From Opitutales bacterium (lineage in GTDB: Bacteria; Verrucomicrobiota; Verrucomicrobiia; Opitutales; JAVBMG01), in the NCBI GenBank assembly GCA_031552815.1, contig JAVBMG010000005.1, positions 130,030 through 194,029 of the forward strand: a stretch of 64,000 nt of DNA. Direction: 5' to 3'. Positions 51,797 to 61,647 of the stretch are shown here, in pieces. How positions within the stretch are numbered: position 1 is the first letter of the stretch; the number at the start of each line of letters is the position of its first letter. Both the position numbers and the translations under genes were made by a program. A model generated the notes under the pieces. It did not search any database and was not told where the DNA came from. It saw only the letters and a program-made list of their open reading frames with translations.

Positions 51797-52681
51797 ATGA
51801 AGGTTATCTTAGCACAGAGTGCCGGGTTTTGCTGGGGAGTTGAACGGGCGATCAAGAAAGCCGTTGATTTTGCCGAGGGAGGCCATTATCCGGTGTATAC
51901 GGACGGTCCCTTGATCCACAACAAGCAGATGATAAATCGTCTGGAAAACATGGGTGTCCGGGAAATCGGGGACTATGTGAATGAGGGCGAATTTAAGGCC
52001 GACAAGGATCAATCCGAAAAATCAATACTTCTTGTCCGGGCGCATGGTATTTCTCCCGACCGCCGCGCTTATCTGAAAAATCTGGGCATCAAGTTTTCGG
52101 ATGCTACCTGTCCCGATGTTAATTTCATTGCCGGAAAAATCAGGACTTATGCCAAGAAAGGTTATACGACTATTATTTTTGGCGACGCAAAGCATCCGGA
52201 AGTCATTGGTTTGCTGGGATATACGGAAGGTAAGGGGTATGCCGTGGAATCAAGGGCAGATGTGGACAAACTGCCCAAGATTGAAGATGCCATTGTTTTT
52301 GTTTCGCAATCAACCATGTTTACGGATGAATTCGATGAACTGGCGATCTATCTGAAGGAGATATATCCGGAGGTGATTGTCTTCGATACGATCTGTAAGG
52401 CGACAAAGGAACGGCAAAACGATTTGGTGAGATTGGTACAGATGGGTGTGGATGCCATCGTGGTCATAGGAGGTTTACATTCTGCGAATACCGTTAAACT
52501 GGCTAAATTGGCCAGAAAACAAAACCTACCTACTTATCACATTGAGACTGCGGATGAAATTGATGAAGCATCTATGGCTCAATATGCCACCGTTGGCGTG
52601 ACCGCTGGGGCTTCAACTCCGAAATTTATCATTGATGCCGTGTGCAAACGCTTGGAAGCGATACAGCCTGAAATGAAATAG
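51797..52681 (+). CDS. ispH: 4-hydroxy-3-methylbut-2-enyl diphosphate reductase
   Basis: AGFCWGVERAI, TCPDV and the SANTVKL motif near the C-terminus. I prefer the ATG at 51797 over the TTG at 51788. Confidence 0.9.
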   Translation: MKVILAQSAGFCWGVERAIKKAVDFAEGGHYPVYTDGPLIHNKQMINRLENMGVREIGDYVNEGEFKADKDQSEKSILLVRAHGISPDRRAYLKNLGIKFSDATCPDVNFIAGKIRTYAKKGYTTIIFGDAKHPEVIGLLGYTEGKGYAVESRADVDKLPKIEDAIVFVSQSTMFTDEFDELAIYLKEIYPEVIVFDTICKATKERQNDLVRLVQMGVDAIVVIGGLHSANTVKLAKLARKQNLPTYHIETADEIDEASMAQYATVGVTAGASTPKFIIDAVCKRLEAIQPEMK

Positions 52682-52685
52682 GTGA

Positions 52686-53249
52686 TCAGGATTCGGCAGT
52701 CAGATTGCTTTTTTCCTGATTTTCTTTTAATGCTGCTTTCTCTTTCTTTTCTTTTTCGTCGGCAATATAGCTGTAAACAATATACAGAAAAACACCGACA
52801 CAGATGCCGATATCCGCAATATTGAATGCGGGAAAACGGCCGATGAGAGGCAGCAGAAAATCGAGAAAATCAACCACATGCCCAACAAACATACGGTCAA
52901 TCAGGTTTCCTATGATACCGCCGATCATTACTCCGAAAGCCAGTTGAGGAACCGGTTTGCTCAATGACAGGTGGTGACGGAAAAAGAATATGAGCGTCAG
53001 GGAGGCAATGGCAAATATTCCCAGCCAAAAGCCGAAACCATGGAACATGCCCCAGGCAGCACCTTCGTTTCCGATATGAACAATATGGAAGAAATTCGGA
53101 ATGACCGTGATAATGTTGGGGTCATTGAAATTCCACGTATTGAACGGGATGTGGGAAACAATCCATTTCTTGCTCAGTTGGTCAAGCAACAGAATAAGTA
53201 TGCTGCTTATCCAAAAGAGCTTGTAACGCTTCAGGCGTGAGAAATGCAT
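52686..53249 (-). CDS. lspA: Lipoprotein signal peptidase (signal peptidase II)
   Basis: LLDQLSKKW, NEGAAWGMF, and IIGNLIDR...VVDFLDF...FPAFNIADIGI motifs. Confidence 0.9.
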   Translation of the reverse strand: MHFSRLKRYKLFWISSILILLLDQLSKKWIVSHIPFNTWNFNDPNIITVIPNFFHIVHIGNEGAAWGMFHGFGFWLGIFAIASLTLIFFFRHHLSLSKPVPQLAFGVMIGGIIGNLIDRMFVGHVVDFLDFLLPLIGRFPAFNIADIGICVGVFLYIVYSYIADEKEKKEKAALKENQEKSNLTAES

Positions 53250-53252
53250 AGA

Positions 53253-54458
53253 TTATTCTTCTTCCTCCTGGAATTCAACTTCGTTGGCTTCGGAGAAAAT
53301 GTTTGTGCGCTGTATGTTGGAACGTTTGTTGCGCTCCATTTGTTGCTGGCCTTCCAGCGAGTAGCGTGTGTAAGGAATGGCTTCCAGGCGTTCCTGGTCT
53401 ATCGGTTTTCCTGTTATTTCGCAGACGCCGTAAGATCCATCCATGATACGATCAATGGCGAGTTCGATTTCAGAGAGCAATTCCTTTTCGTTGGAAAACA
53501 GGCTGAAAGCAAGATCGCGCTCAAATGTTTCCGTTCCGGCATCCGATGTATTGGTGGTCAGGTCTCCGCTGTCTTCACGGCTGGAGCGTCCGATGTATTC
53601 CTGGGAATGTTCGTTAATATCGGCTTCTATCTTGTCGCGCATATTAATGAGATTCGTGTAGAATTTTTTCCACTTTTTGGGAACCTTGTCGACATTGTCT
53701 TCGACAACGACCTTTTGGTTTTTGAAAGGATTGAATCCGAGAATATCCGCAATGGATGCTGGTCCGTGTTTGCGTTTTTGTACCGGCAGTTTGGCCGGTT
53801 TCGTCTTTTGAGATGAGGAAATAGCCTGTTGCCTTGTGGTTGCAGGCGTTTTCTTGGGAACGATGTTAGTGTTGGCTGCCGGATTTTTCAGATAGGTCAG
53901 AGCGTCTTCCAATGAGAAATAAATATGGGAAGTTTTTTCCAATGCTTTAGGCTTTTTATCTTCCTTCTTCTTTACCTTGGCGGCAACTTCCTTGACGATC
54001 TTGGAGTGGTTGGCTTTCTCCACTTTTGCGGGCTTGGTTTCCTTTTTAGGAGAAGCAGCGGCCTTTATTTTCTTTTGTCCCTCGGGTTTTCTGGCAACCG
54101 TTTTCTTGGCTGAAACGATATTTTTCTTTGATTCAGCTTTTGGACTGGGACTGGTTTTTGCCGGCTTGCTTGCCTTTTTTGCTTTCGTATCTGCCTTCTT
54201 GGGAGAATTTTTTTTCGGCATACTTTTCTTTGAAACAGGTACAACCTTTTTGATCGGTTTTTTTGCCTTTGCAGCCGCTTTCACTTTCGAAACCGTTGGT
54301 TTCTTTTTATTCTGCTTGGCGGGAGCCTTTTTGCTTTTTACGGCAACAGCTTTTTTAACCGAATTTGCTTTAGGTTTGGATTTGGTAGGTGATTTGGATT
54401 TTTTTGCAGCTGGTTTGCTGCTCTTTGTCTTTTTCGAAACAACTTTCTTTGCAGACAT
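53253..54458 (-). CDS. DksA/TraR-family regulator fused to a long Lys/Ala/Pro-rich histone-H1-like N-terminal region
   Basis: The C-terminal part, SDAGTETFERDLAFSL...ELAIDRIMDGSYGVCEITGKPIDQERLEAIPYTRYSLEG, resembles the DksA coiled-coil tip and C-terminal finger region but has a single Cys. Roughly the first 175 residues are KKxxAKPxxK-type repeats. Confidence 0.7.
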   Translation of the reverse strand: MSAKKVVSKKTKSSKPAAKKSKSPTKSKPKANSVKKAVAVKSKKAPAKQNKKKPTVSKVKAAAKAKKPIKKVVPVSKKSMPKKNSPKKADTKAKKASKPAKTSPSPKAESKKNIVSAKKTVARKPEGQKKIKAAASPKKETKPAKVEKANHSKIVKEVAAKVKKKEDKKPKALEKTSHIYFSLEDALTYLKNPAANTNIVPKKTPATTRQQAISSSQKTKPAKLPVQKRKHGPASIADILGFNPFKNQKVVVEDNVDKVPKKWKKFYTNLINMRDKIEADINEHSQEYIGRSSREDSGDLTTNTSDAGTETFERDLAFSLFSNEKELLSEIELAIDRIMDGSYGVCEITGKPIDQERLEAIPYTRYSLEGQQQMERNKRSNIQRTNIFSEANEVEFQEEEE

Positions 54459-54465
54459 GACAGGA

Positions 54466-57255
54466 TTAATTAGGTTTTATCGCCTCTAGTGCTTCGTTGC
54501 AGCGAGGACAGCATGATCCTTCATGAAGATCCTGAATCCAGCGCCAGCAACGCGGACAACGAACGCCATCCGCTTTTTGGGCGGTGACGGTAATGGATGG
54601 TGTTTCCTTGGTCTCATTGATGGAAACCTGGGAAACAATGAAAAATTCTTCAAGTAATTCCGCGTGTTTTTTGAGGATGGCAAAAAGCGGATCACTCATG
54701 CTACCGCTGATTGTTACCTTTGCGTCCAGGGATTGTCCGATGATTTTCTCCTGCCGGAGTGTTTCCAGTTGTTCATTGACGCGATCACGGAAGCCGAGGA
54801 TTTGTTCAATCTCGCTTACAGTGGCTTCATTAAACCAGGATTTATCTGCCTGTGCAAAATCTTCCAATAGAATACTGTTGCCGATGAAGTCCTTCTCGCT
54901 TTTTGCGAAGGAAAAAACTTCATCCGCAGTAAACGGAAGAATAGGCGCAATCAGTTTAATCAATTGTTCGAAAATAATGTCGATTGCCGTCTGTGATGAA
55001 CGGCGTAACGGATGGTTCGGAGCAAGCGTGTAGAGCCGGTCTTTCAGTATGGTGTGGTAAACGGCTGAAAGTGTGCTGGTACAGAACCGGTTGATCGCCT
55101 GATAAACCTTGTGAAATTCATAATTGTCATAGGCTTGCGTGCATTCTTCGATCAATGAGGCTGTATATTTCAATGCCCATTGGTCGATGGGGCTAAGCCT
55201 GTCACAGGCTACCGCATCCTTCGCGGTAAAATCATAAAGATTGCTGAGCTGGAAACGCAGCGTATTGCGGATGGTGCGATAGGCTTGAGCGATATGATTC
55301 AGGATTTCATCGGAAATCGGAATGTCCATCCGGTAATCCTCAGAGGCAAGCCAGAGACGGATGATATCGGCGCCGTACTTGTTGACGTAAAGATCGGCAG
55401 TCAACGGCTTTCCGTCACTTTTAGAAATCTTTTTACCGTCTTGTCCGACAATAAACCCGTGGGTGATGATTTGTTTATACGGGGCGGATTTGTCGGCTAC
55501 GACAGCCGTCCAGAGAGAAGATTGGAACCATCCCCGGTGTTGGTCGCTCCCTTCGAGATAGAGGTCTGCCGGCCAACGGAGGTTTTGCTTATTCTGTAAA
55601 ACCGCACGGTGGCTGCAACCTGAATCAATCCATACGTCGAGCGTGTCGGTTCCTTTTTTAAGGAGCTCGGCATTCCATGTTTTGGGGAGTGTGATTCCCG
55701 AAAGGATTTCCTGTGCGGATTGTTCGAACCAGATATTTGTTCCGGCTTTTTCAACCTTGTCGGCAATGGCATTGATAACGGTAGCATCAACGTAAACTTC
55801 CTTGTTGTCGTCGTAGAAAACAGGAATCGGAACGCCCCAAGCGCGTTGGCGTGAAATACACCAGTCGGGACGGGTTTCCACCGCGCCGCGAATGCGGTTT
55901 TCGCCGAATGCAGGAATAAATTTAACTTTTGAAATTTCCTCCAATGCCTTGGCGCGGGTTCCGTTTTTATCAAGGGAGACAAACCATTGGTCCATTGCAC
56001 GGAAGATGACGGGAGTCTTTGAGCGCCAGCAGTGAGGATAGGAATGCGTTATTTTCTTCAGTTGCAGCAATGCTCCTTTTTGTGTGAGCATTTCAAGAAC
56101 CTTTTTGTTGGCTGCGGAACCTTTTTCGGTTTCAAGCACACTTACGCCGACAAGTTCGCCGGGAACCTGACAATCGTCGAGATAGCAACCCGCGTCGTCC
56201 AGCGGGGAATAAATGTCCAAACCGTACTTGAGGCCTGTCTGGTAGTCTTCGACACCATGACCGGGAGCTGTGTGCACGCATCCTGTTCCGGAATCGGCGG
56301 TGACATAGTCGGCGAGAACCACAAGGCTTTGTCTGTCAATGAAAGGATGGAGCGCCTTGATGTATTCAAAGGAGCGGCCGGAATGCTTGTTCGTAATGGT
56401 CGCATTTTCCAGTTTGCAATCCTTGATAAAGGATTCGGCAAGTGTTTCGGCAACCATGTACGATTCATTGCCGCACTCGATTTCCACGTAGGTGAATTCC
56501 GGATTGACAGCGATGCCAAGGTTTGCCGGCAGCGTCCAGGGCGTGGTTGTCCAGATGACAAAGAAAACACTTTTGTCAGTGCGGAATTTTTTTTCCCCGG
56601 GTGCTATTGCAAATTTCACCCAGATGGACGGGCTTGCAATTTCCTTATATTCGATTTCCGCTTCGGCAAGCGCGGTAGCGCAGGGAATAGACCAGTAGAC
56701 AGGTTTTTTGCTGCGATAAACGATGTCCTGTTCAACAAACTTGGCAAACGTGCGGAGGATGACCGCTTCGTATGCAGGGTTCATGGTACGGTATTCGTTT
56801 TCCCAGTCGGCAAGCACTCCGAGACGTTTGAACTGTCCGCGCTGCTTTTCAATGTAGCTTTTGGAAAAGGCTGCGCAGGCCTCGCGCAGCTCCGCTGTGC
56901 TGAGTACTTTCTTTTCCTCCTGGAGCTGGCGGGAAACTTTGTGTTCGATCGGTAATCCGTGACAATCCCAGCCAGGTATGTACGGAGAATGGAATCCGCG
57001 CATTCCCTTGTACTTTAAAATAATGTCCTTGAGGATTTTGTTGAGAGCCGTTCCGATGTGAACGTCGCCGTTGGTGAACGGAGGGCCGTCATGAAGGACG
57101 AATGTCTCGCCTTTGGCATTCTTGCTTTGAATCTTTGCATACAGATTTAGACTCTCCCAATGCTTAATTCGTTCCGGCTCACGCTTTACGAGGTCACCGC
57201 GCATCGGGAAACCGGTTTTCGGAAGGTTCAAGGTATCTTTTAAATCTGTTGCCAT
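54466..57255 (-). CDS. ileS: Isoleucine--tRNA ligase
   Basis: 929 aa with class I HIGH (PFTNGDVHIGT) and KMSKS (KISKS) motifs and C-terminal zinc-binding Cys pairs (CPRCWRW...CCPRC). Confidence 0.97.
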   Translation of the reverse strand: MATDLKDTLNLPKTGFPMRGDLVKREPERIKHWESLNLYAKIQSKNAKGETFVLHDGPPFTNGDVHIGTALNKILKDIILKYKGMRGFHSPYIPGWDCHGLPIEHKVSRQLQEEKKVLSTAELREACAAFSKSYIEKQRGQFKRLGVLADWENEYRTMNPAYEAVILRTFAKFVEQDIVYRSKKPVYWSIPCATALAEAEIEYKEIASPSIWVKFAIAPGEKKFRTDKSVFFVIWTTTPWTLPANLGIAVNPEFTYVEIECGNESYMVAETLAESFIKDCKLENATITNKHSGRSFEYIKALHPFIDRQSLVVLADYVTADSGTGCVHTAPGHGVEDYQTGLKYGLDIYSPLDDAGCYLDDCQVPGELVGVSVLETEKGSAANKKVLEMLTQKGALLQLKKITHSYPHCWRSKTPVIFRAMDQWFVSLDKNGTRAKALEEISKVKFIPAFGENRIRGAVETRPDWCISRQRAWGVPIPVFYDDNKEVYVDATVINAIADKVEKAGTNIWFEQSAQEILSGITLPKTWNAELLKKGTDTLDVWIDSGCSHRAVLQNKQNLRWPADLYLEGSDQHRGWFQSSLWTAVVADKSAPYKQIITHGFIVGQDGKKISKSDGKPLTADLYVNKYGADIIRLWLASEDYRMDIPISDEILNHIAQAYRTIRNTLRFQLSNLYDFTAKDAVACDRLSPIDQWALKYTASLIEECTQAYDNYEFHKVYQAINRFCTSTLSAVYHTILKDRLYTLAPNHPLRRSSQTAIDIIFEQLIKLIAPILPFTADEVFSFAKSEKDFIGNSILLEDFAQADKSWFNEATVSEIEQILGFRDRVNEQLETLRQEKIIGQSLDAKVTISGSMSDPLFAILKKHAELLEEFFIVSQVSINETKETPSITVTAQKADGVRCPRCWRWIQDLHEGSCCPRCNEALEAIKPN

Positions 57256-57541
57256 GACAAAACCACTGAGAAATTATTTCCGTCTCGGGCGTATATTGGA
57301 ACCCCGATTTAAGAAATGCGGAAATTCTGTACTTTCAAGCACTTAAGTCAAGGAAAACGGCAGTTTCAAGAATAGGTCGGATTACCGTTTTTTACGTGAA
57401 GAATCATAGCACGGATTACTCTGGTATGGCTGCAGGGACCATGGGGATTTAAAAAATGTTAAACAAAATGGATAACAAAACCGATCTTTCTGTTTTGCCT
57501 TTGTGCCAATCAGTCAATAAAAGCAAAAAGCTTATTATACT

Positions 57542-60262
57542 ATGCCAACATTTCTCTGTATTCTCTGTATTTTCGTTTTGGTCTCATTCATCATGGTTTT
57601 GATAGACCGTTCCCGTTTGAATAAAGCGGAAGAGCGCATTAAGTTATTGGAAAAGGAACTCAATTGGCTGAAACGTTCCTCTGCTGACTCTGTCGGAGCA
57701 AAAACCGGAGAGGAGTCGACTAAGCCTGGACAACCCGTTAAAACGGAAACAGAAAAGACGGTTCAGACTCCTGGACCTGCGATGGTTCCTGCGGCTCCTA
57801 TGCAGGCAATTTCACCGGAACCTACGATCAGTCAAAAGGTGGATCCGGTGGATCAACAGGAAGCAAAAACGGAAGCGATTGCTGAAACACGGTCCGAGAT
57901 AGTGCCCGAACCGTTGCCTGCTCCCGTACAGCCCAACCGGCAGCCTGAACCGCAAAAGACATATGAACCGCGGATCAAGGATCGAAAACCGGTTGCGGAG
58001 GAAGATTGGGCCTTTGGCGCTCTTCTGCGGCAATGGAAGATATTACCGCCTGAAGATTACGGAAACAGTGAGATCGGGCTTATGCAGTGGTGGCTGCCCC
58101 GTATCGGCGGATTGCTTGCGGTTCTGACCCTGATCTTTTTCGGAGTCTGGGCGAGTCAGGGCACGCCTCCCTGGGTGAAATTCTGTGAAATGCTTGGCGC
58201 CACATTGGCGGTGATCGGATTGGGGGCGTGGTTTGTCAAAAGGCATTCCAATGTCGGCGAATCCTTGCTTGCTTCGGGGCTGGTGATGCTTTACGTGGAC
58301 GCGATGGCTGCCTACATGCTACCGCCTGTTCGCGTGATTGAGAATCCCATGATTGGGTTGTTGGTCCAGTTTATCGCGCTTACGCCGACACTGTTTGTCG
58401 GCTGGCGGAGACGGTCCATGAACTACCTCATAACCGGCCAGGTCTTTGCGTTTGTCAGTTCATATTTTGCCATCCGTGAGGGAATGGGCTATGCGGCGCT
58501 TGTTTCAGCGATGCTGCCGTATGTCTTGGGTTTTGTCGCATTCCGGCGTGTGCCGAAAACAGCGTTAATCGCCGTTGGCTGCATCGGCGTATATTTACCG
58601 CTTTGGGCATTGGCGGTTCAGATTCATGATTCCGGTCATGGGTTCTATGTTCCGGATGCGACCGTCTGGGGAGCCTTTGTTTTCTTTGCGGTGGTGGTGT
58701 CGGTGATGCCGCTTTTGTTTTTCCTGCGAGGAAAGTCTTACTTTTCCGATTCGCGCAGTGAGTGTTTCTGGCAGATATGGAACAGCTCAAATGCGTTGCT
58801 CTCAATGTATTTCCTGTGTGAAAACCTGGATCGATCTTCCTTCTTCTCGCTTAAGATTTTCTATGCAGTGGCAGCCGTTTTGTTTCTTTCGTGGGCTGCG
58901 CTTTTTGCGAAGCGTGATTTTCGGGGATTTCATTTCCAGTTGTTTTTCCTTAAGGGAAGCACGTTGCTTTCGTTGTTTTTGATCAATCATTTTCACGGGA
59001 ATTATCTCTGGGCTACCTTGCTTGGCCAATTTGTGGCCTTTGTCTGGACGGCCCGCCGGACTGAAAGTAAGTGGATCAACGGATTCACGGTAGCATCATT
59101 CATGCTTGCTTCATTTTACTGGTCTAATTCCGTCGAATTGCTTGATGTGGAGGATTGGATGAGTTCAGACTGGTGGATCCTGTGTGTTTTCCCTTGGTTG
59201 GGAGCCGGGGCGGTCGCATGGTTCCTGAAAAAATACATCACCGAAGCCTGGGCGATCGTGTTTGCTGTATTTGCCGGGGTTTCCATTTATGCGCAGACAT
59301 TTGTCATGGGATTGAATGTCAGCGTTTACCGTGAATTTGTTTTATTGGCAGCCATATTCCTCTCGCTTGCCTGGATTGTTCTCCCGTGGCTTGAGAGACG
59401 CTTTTCGCTTATCATGACCGGTGTTTTCTTTGTGGTTGCACACATAAATTTCTGGGTTATGTGTTCTGATACGGATATCGGGATTGCAAGGCATTTGGAG
59501 GTGTTTCCCGGGCAGAATACGGTATTTTGGCTGGTACTTTCAGCCTTTTCGTTGGGGATTGTTTTTGTTCTGAAACGATTCAGTTCAAGGTTATCTTCCG
59601 GTCAGCATTATGCCGCCGATTGTGTCACGATGACGTTGCTCAGCATATCAACCTTGGTTTGGCTGGCGACTTACACAGACAGTGCGCTTGTCAGTGAATT
59701 TTCGGCAGCGTGGATGATTCTTTTGGCATTGGTGCTTCTGGCGGCAGGAAAGCGAATCTCCCTGTCGTCCGGCGATATTTCCATCGGCATATTGCCTTTT
59801 GTCATTTGGTCTGTCTCCAATAACGAATTTTCCGAAAGAGCATTTATTACTGTGGCGGTGCTGACGGTAACATGGATGCTCTTACCGATTTGCGTGAAAG
59901 GATTCAGTAACGGATTCGTTAAATTGAAGGATAATGCGTTATGGAAATGGGCGCTGCCTGTCGGGGGATACATTATTATGGCGGGCGTATTGGTGAATTA
60001 TCCGTTTGATCTGGAACAGTATTTTACATGGCTTTTCTCGCTTACCTCGCTTGTGTTGATAGTCGCAGGCATTATTCGCAAGGTGAGACCGTACCGTATT
60101 GTCGGGCTGATAACGTTGGGATTGTCTGTTATCCGGCTCTTTGTCTTTGACATAGAAAAAACAGCTACGCGTATCATAGCGTTTGCGGTGTTGTCCGTGA
60201 TACTGATTTTTCTCGGTTATCTTTACGGGAAATTCAGGCATTACCTTGAAGATGAAGTGTGA
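57542..60262 (+). CDS. DUF2339-like large polytopic membrane protein
   Basis: N-terminal helix, a short coiled-coil (RIKLLEKELNWLKR), a Pro/Glu-rich linker, then more than 20 hydrophobic helices. This architecture matches DUF2339 as I recall it. Confidence 0.55.
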   Translation: MPTFLCILCIFVLVSFIMVLIDRSRLNKAEERIKLLEKELNWLKRSSADSVGAKTGEESTKPGQPVKTETEKTVQTPGPAMVPAAPMQAISPEPTISQKVDPVDQQEAKTEAIAETRSEIVPEPLPAPVQPNRQPEPQKTYEPRIKDRKPVAEEDWAFGALLRQWKILPPEDYGNSEIGLMQWWLPRIGGLLAVLTLIFFGVWASQGTPPWVKFCEMLGATLAVIGLGAWFVKRHSNVGESLLASGLVMLYVDAMAAYMLPPVRVIENPMIGLLVQFIALTPTLFVGWRRRSMNYLITGQVFAFVSSYFAIREGMGYAALVSAMLPYVLGFVAFRRVPKTALIAVGCIGVYLPLWALAVQIHDSGHGFYVPDATVWGAFVFFAVVVSVMPLLFFLRGKSYFSDSRSECFWQIWNSSNALLSMYFLCENLDRSSFFSLKIFYAVAAVLFLSWAALFAKRDFRGFHFQLFFLKGSTLLSLFLINHFHGNYLWATLLGQFVAFVWTARRTESKWINGFTVASFMLASFYWSNSVELLDVEDWMSSDWWILCVFPWLGAGAVAWFLKKYITEAWAIVFAVFAGVSIYAQTFVMGLNVSVYREFVLLAAIFLSLAWIVLPWLERRFSLIMTGVFFVVAHINFWVMCSDTDIGIARHLEVFPGQNTVFWLVLSAFSLGIVFVLKRFSSRLSSGQHYAADCVTMTLLSISTLVWLATYTDSALVSEFSAAWMILLALVLLAAGKRISLSSGDISIGILPFVIWSVSNNEFSERAFITVAVLTVTWMLLPICVKGFSNGFVKLKDNALWKWALPVGGYIIMAGVLVNYPFDLEQYFTWLFSLTSLVLIVAGIIRKVRPYRIVGLITLGLSVIRLFVFDIEKTATRIIAFAVLSVILIFLGYLYGKFRHYLEDEV

Positions 60263-60363
60263 TGTTACCGTTTGACGGGTCTCGGAATGGTTATTTTTCT
60301 CTCAGAGGTTGACGGGCATCGGCTTTTTTGTTTCACTTGTTACGAACTCTTAATTGAAAAAAT

Positions 60364-60807
60364 ATGAGCGAAAAAGCTATCTCGATTTATTATGCTACGG
60401 AAACCGGAAACTCCGAAGACCTTGCCAACCGCACAGGCGAAAAGCTTAAGGGTCTTGGTTTCAGTGTGAAAGTTGAAAATGTCAGCGATGTTGCTGCCGA
60501 TTCACTGGCCGAAGGCGGCAAAATGATTTTCGTTGTTTCCACCTGGGGCGACGGCGAACCTCCGTTTTCCGCGGAAGATTTCGGTAATGCGGTAATCAAC
60601 GGTAACGCGGATCTGAGCAAGATTGATTTCTGCGTATTGGCTCTTGGTGATTCAGGATATGACGATTTCTGCGGATTCGGACGTAAGCTTGAAGAGGCCA
60701 TTGTTCGTCAGGGAGGAAAAACATTCCTGGCACGCAAGGATCTGGATATCGACTTTGAAGATGATTACCAGAAATGGGCGGAAGAATTGGCAGGAAAGCT
60801 CCAGTAA
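60364..60807 (+). CDS. Short-chain flavodoxin
   Basis: ISIYYATETGNSEDLA (FMN phosphate loop) and VVSTWGDGEPP motifs. Confidence 0.8.
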   Translation: MSEKAISIYYATETGNSEDLANRTGEKLKGLGFSVKVENVSDVAADSLAEGGKMIFVVSTWGDGEPPFSAEDFGNAVINGNADLSKIDFCVLALGDSGYDDFCGFGRKLEEAIVRQGGKTFLARKDLDIDFEDDYQKWAEELAGKLQ

Positions 60808-60827
60808 ACAGTTTTTAAAGGCAAAAG

Positions 60828-60852
60828 GACGCGGATTACCGCGTCTTTTTTT
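60828..60852 (+). terminator. Rho-independent terminator after the flavodoxin gene (overlaps the 3' end of the convergent ABC ATPase gene)
   Basis: gacgcgg (60828-60834) / ccgcgtc (60839-60845), T-run 60846-60852. Confidence 0.75.
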
Positions 60853-61642
60853 GTGCTCTGATTTCCTTCGGATAGATGCCGAGGGTGACGTATCCGTATT
60901 GGCTTGAAACCTGTTTTTCCGTTGCCACATGAAAAGCGTCTGCAACCCGTTCAGGTGATAAACAGTCTTCAACTTTGCCGGTAGCATGAATGCTGCCGTT
61001 CATTAACATGATTGCATAGTCGGCGAAGTGGTAGGCCAGGTTCAGATCATGAACAACCGCCAGAATCGTAACACCCTTATGCTTCAGTTCCCGGATGGTG
61101 TGGAGGCAGGCAAACTGATGCTCGATATCGAGGTTTGAGGTTGGTTCATCAAGAATAAGGCAACCTGCCGGATTATCCAGTCCGCCCAGTTGCATCAGTG
61201 CGCGCGCCAGTAAAACGCGCTGTTTCTCGCCCGAGGAAAGCAGCGGATAGAGACGGCTTCTGATGGAAGCGATATCCATCGCTTCCAGCACCGCATTGAG
61301 TTCGGTTAATGCGTCCCGTTTGAAACGGTGAGCATTCGGCTCCATTCCGAAGCGGACCACTTCTTCTACGGTGAAAGCAAACGGGAGGCTGCTCTCCTGC
61401 AAGACGACAGCACGTTTTTCCGCCAGTGTTTCCGTATCCCATGTCTGCAACGGCCGGTTGTCGAAAGTAATGCTGCCGCCGTGCGGCGTAATCAATCCCG
61501 TCATTATTTTCAGCAAGGTTGATTTTCCGGCACCGTTGTTACCGACGATCACGGTAAAATGATCGCGCGGAACAGTAAAGCTCACGTCCTTTAATATTTC
61601 GGTGCCGTCAGGCTGAAAATGAATATTGGATACCTGAAACAT
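60836..61642 (-). CDS. ABC transporter ATP-binding protein, iron-chelate/haem/B12 (FecE/HmuV) type
   Basis: Walker A GNNGAGKSTLL, signature LSSGEKQRVLLARAL, Walker B ILDEPTSNLD. It is paired with a FecCD permease. Confidence 0.85.
   Translation of the reverse strand: MFQVSNIHFQPDGTEILKDVSFTVPRDHFTVIVGNNGAGKSTLLKIMTGLITPHGGSITFDNRPLQTWDTETLAEKRAVVLQESSLPFAFTVEEVVRFGMEPNAHRFKRDALTELNAVLEAMDIASIRSRLYPLLSSGEKQRVLLARALMQLGGLDNPAGCLILDEPTSNLDIEHQFACLHTIRELKHKGVTILAVVHDLNLAYHFADYAIMLMNGSIHATGKVEDCLSPERVADAFHVATEKQVSSQYGYVTLGIYPKEIRAQKKTR
60979..60998. repeat. Inverted motif pair inside a coding region
   Basis: cggtagcat (60979-60987) ga atgctgccg (60990-60998). The same imperfect palindrome forms the proS terminator at 17023-17047. 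Confidence 0.85.
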
Positions 61643-61647
61643 GGCGG

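Noticed and set aside
53244-54489. Two long + strand ORFs (190 aa and 170 aa) overlapping the dksA-like gene
   Set aside because: They are antisense shadows of the Lys/Ala-rich repeat coding region (the complement of AAG/GCN-rich codons gives Phe/Leu/Ala-rich open frames). No start context or homology supports them.
56032-56955. A 307-aa ORF on the + strand inside ileS
   Set aside because: It is entirely antisense to a gene with unmistakable IleRS motifs. It has no recognisable motifs, and its composition is typical of a shadow frame.
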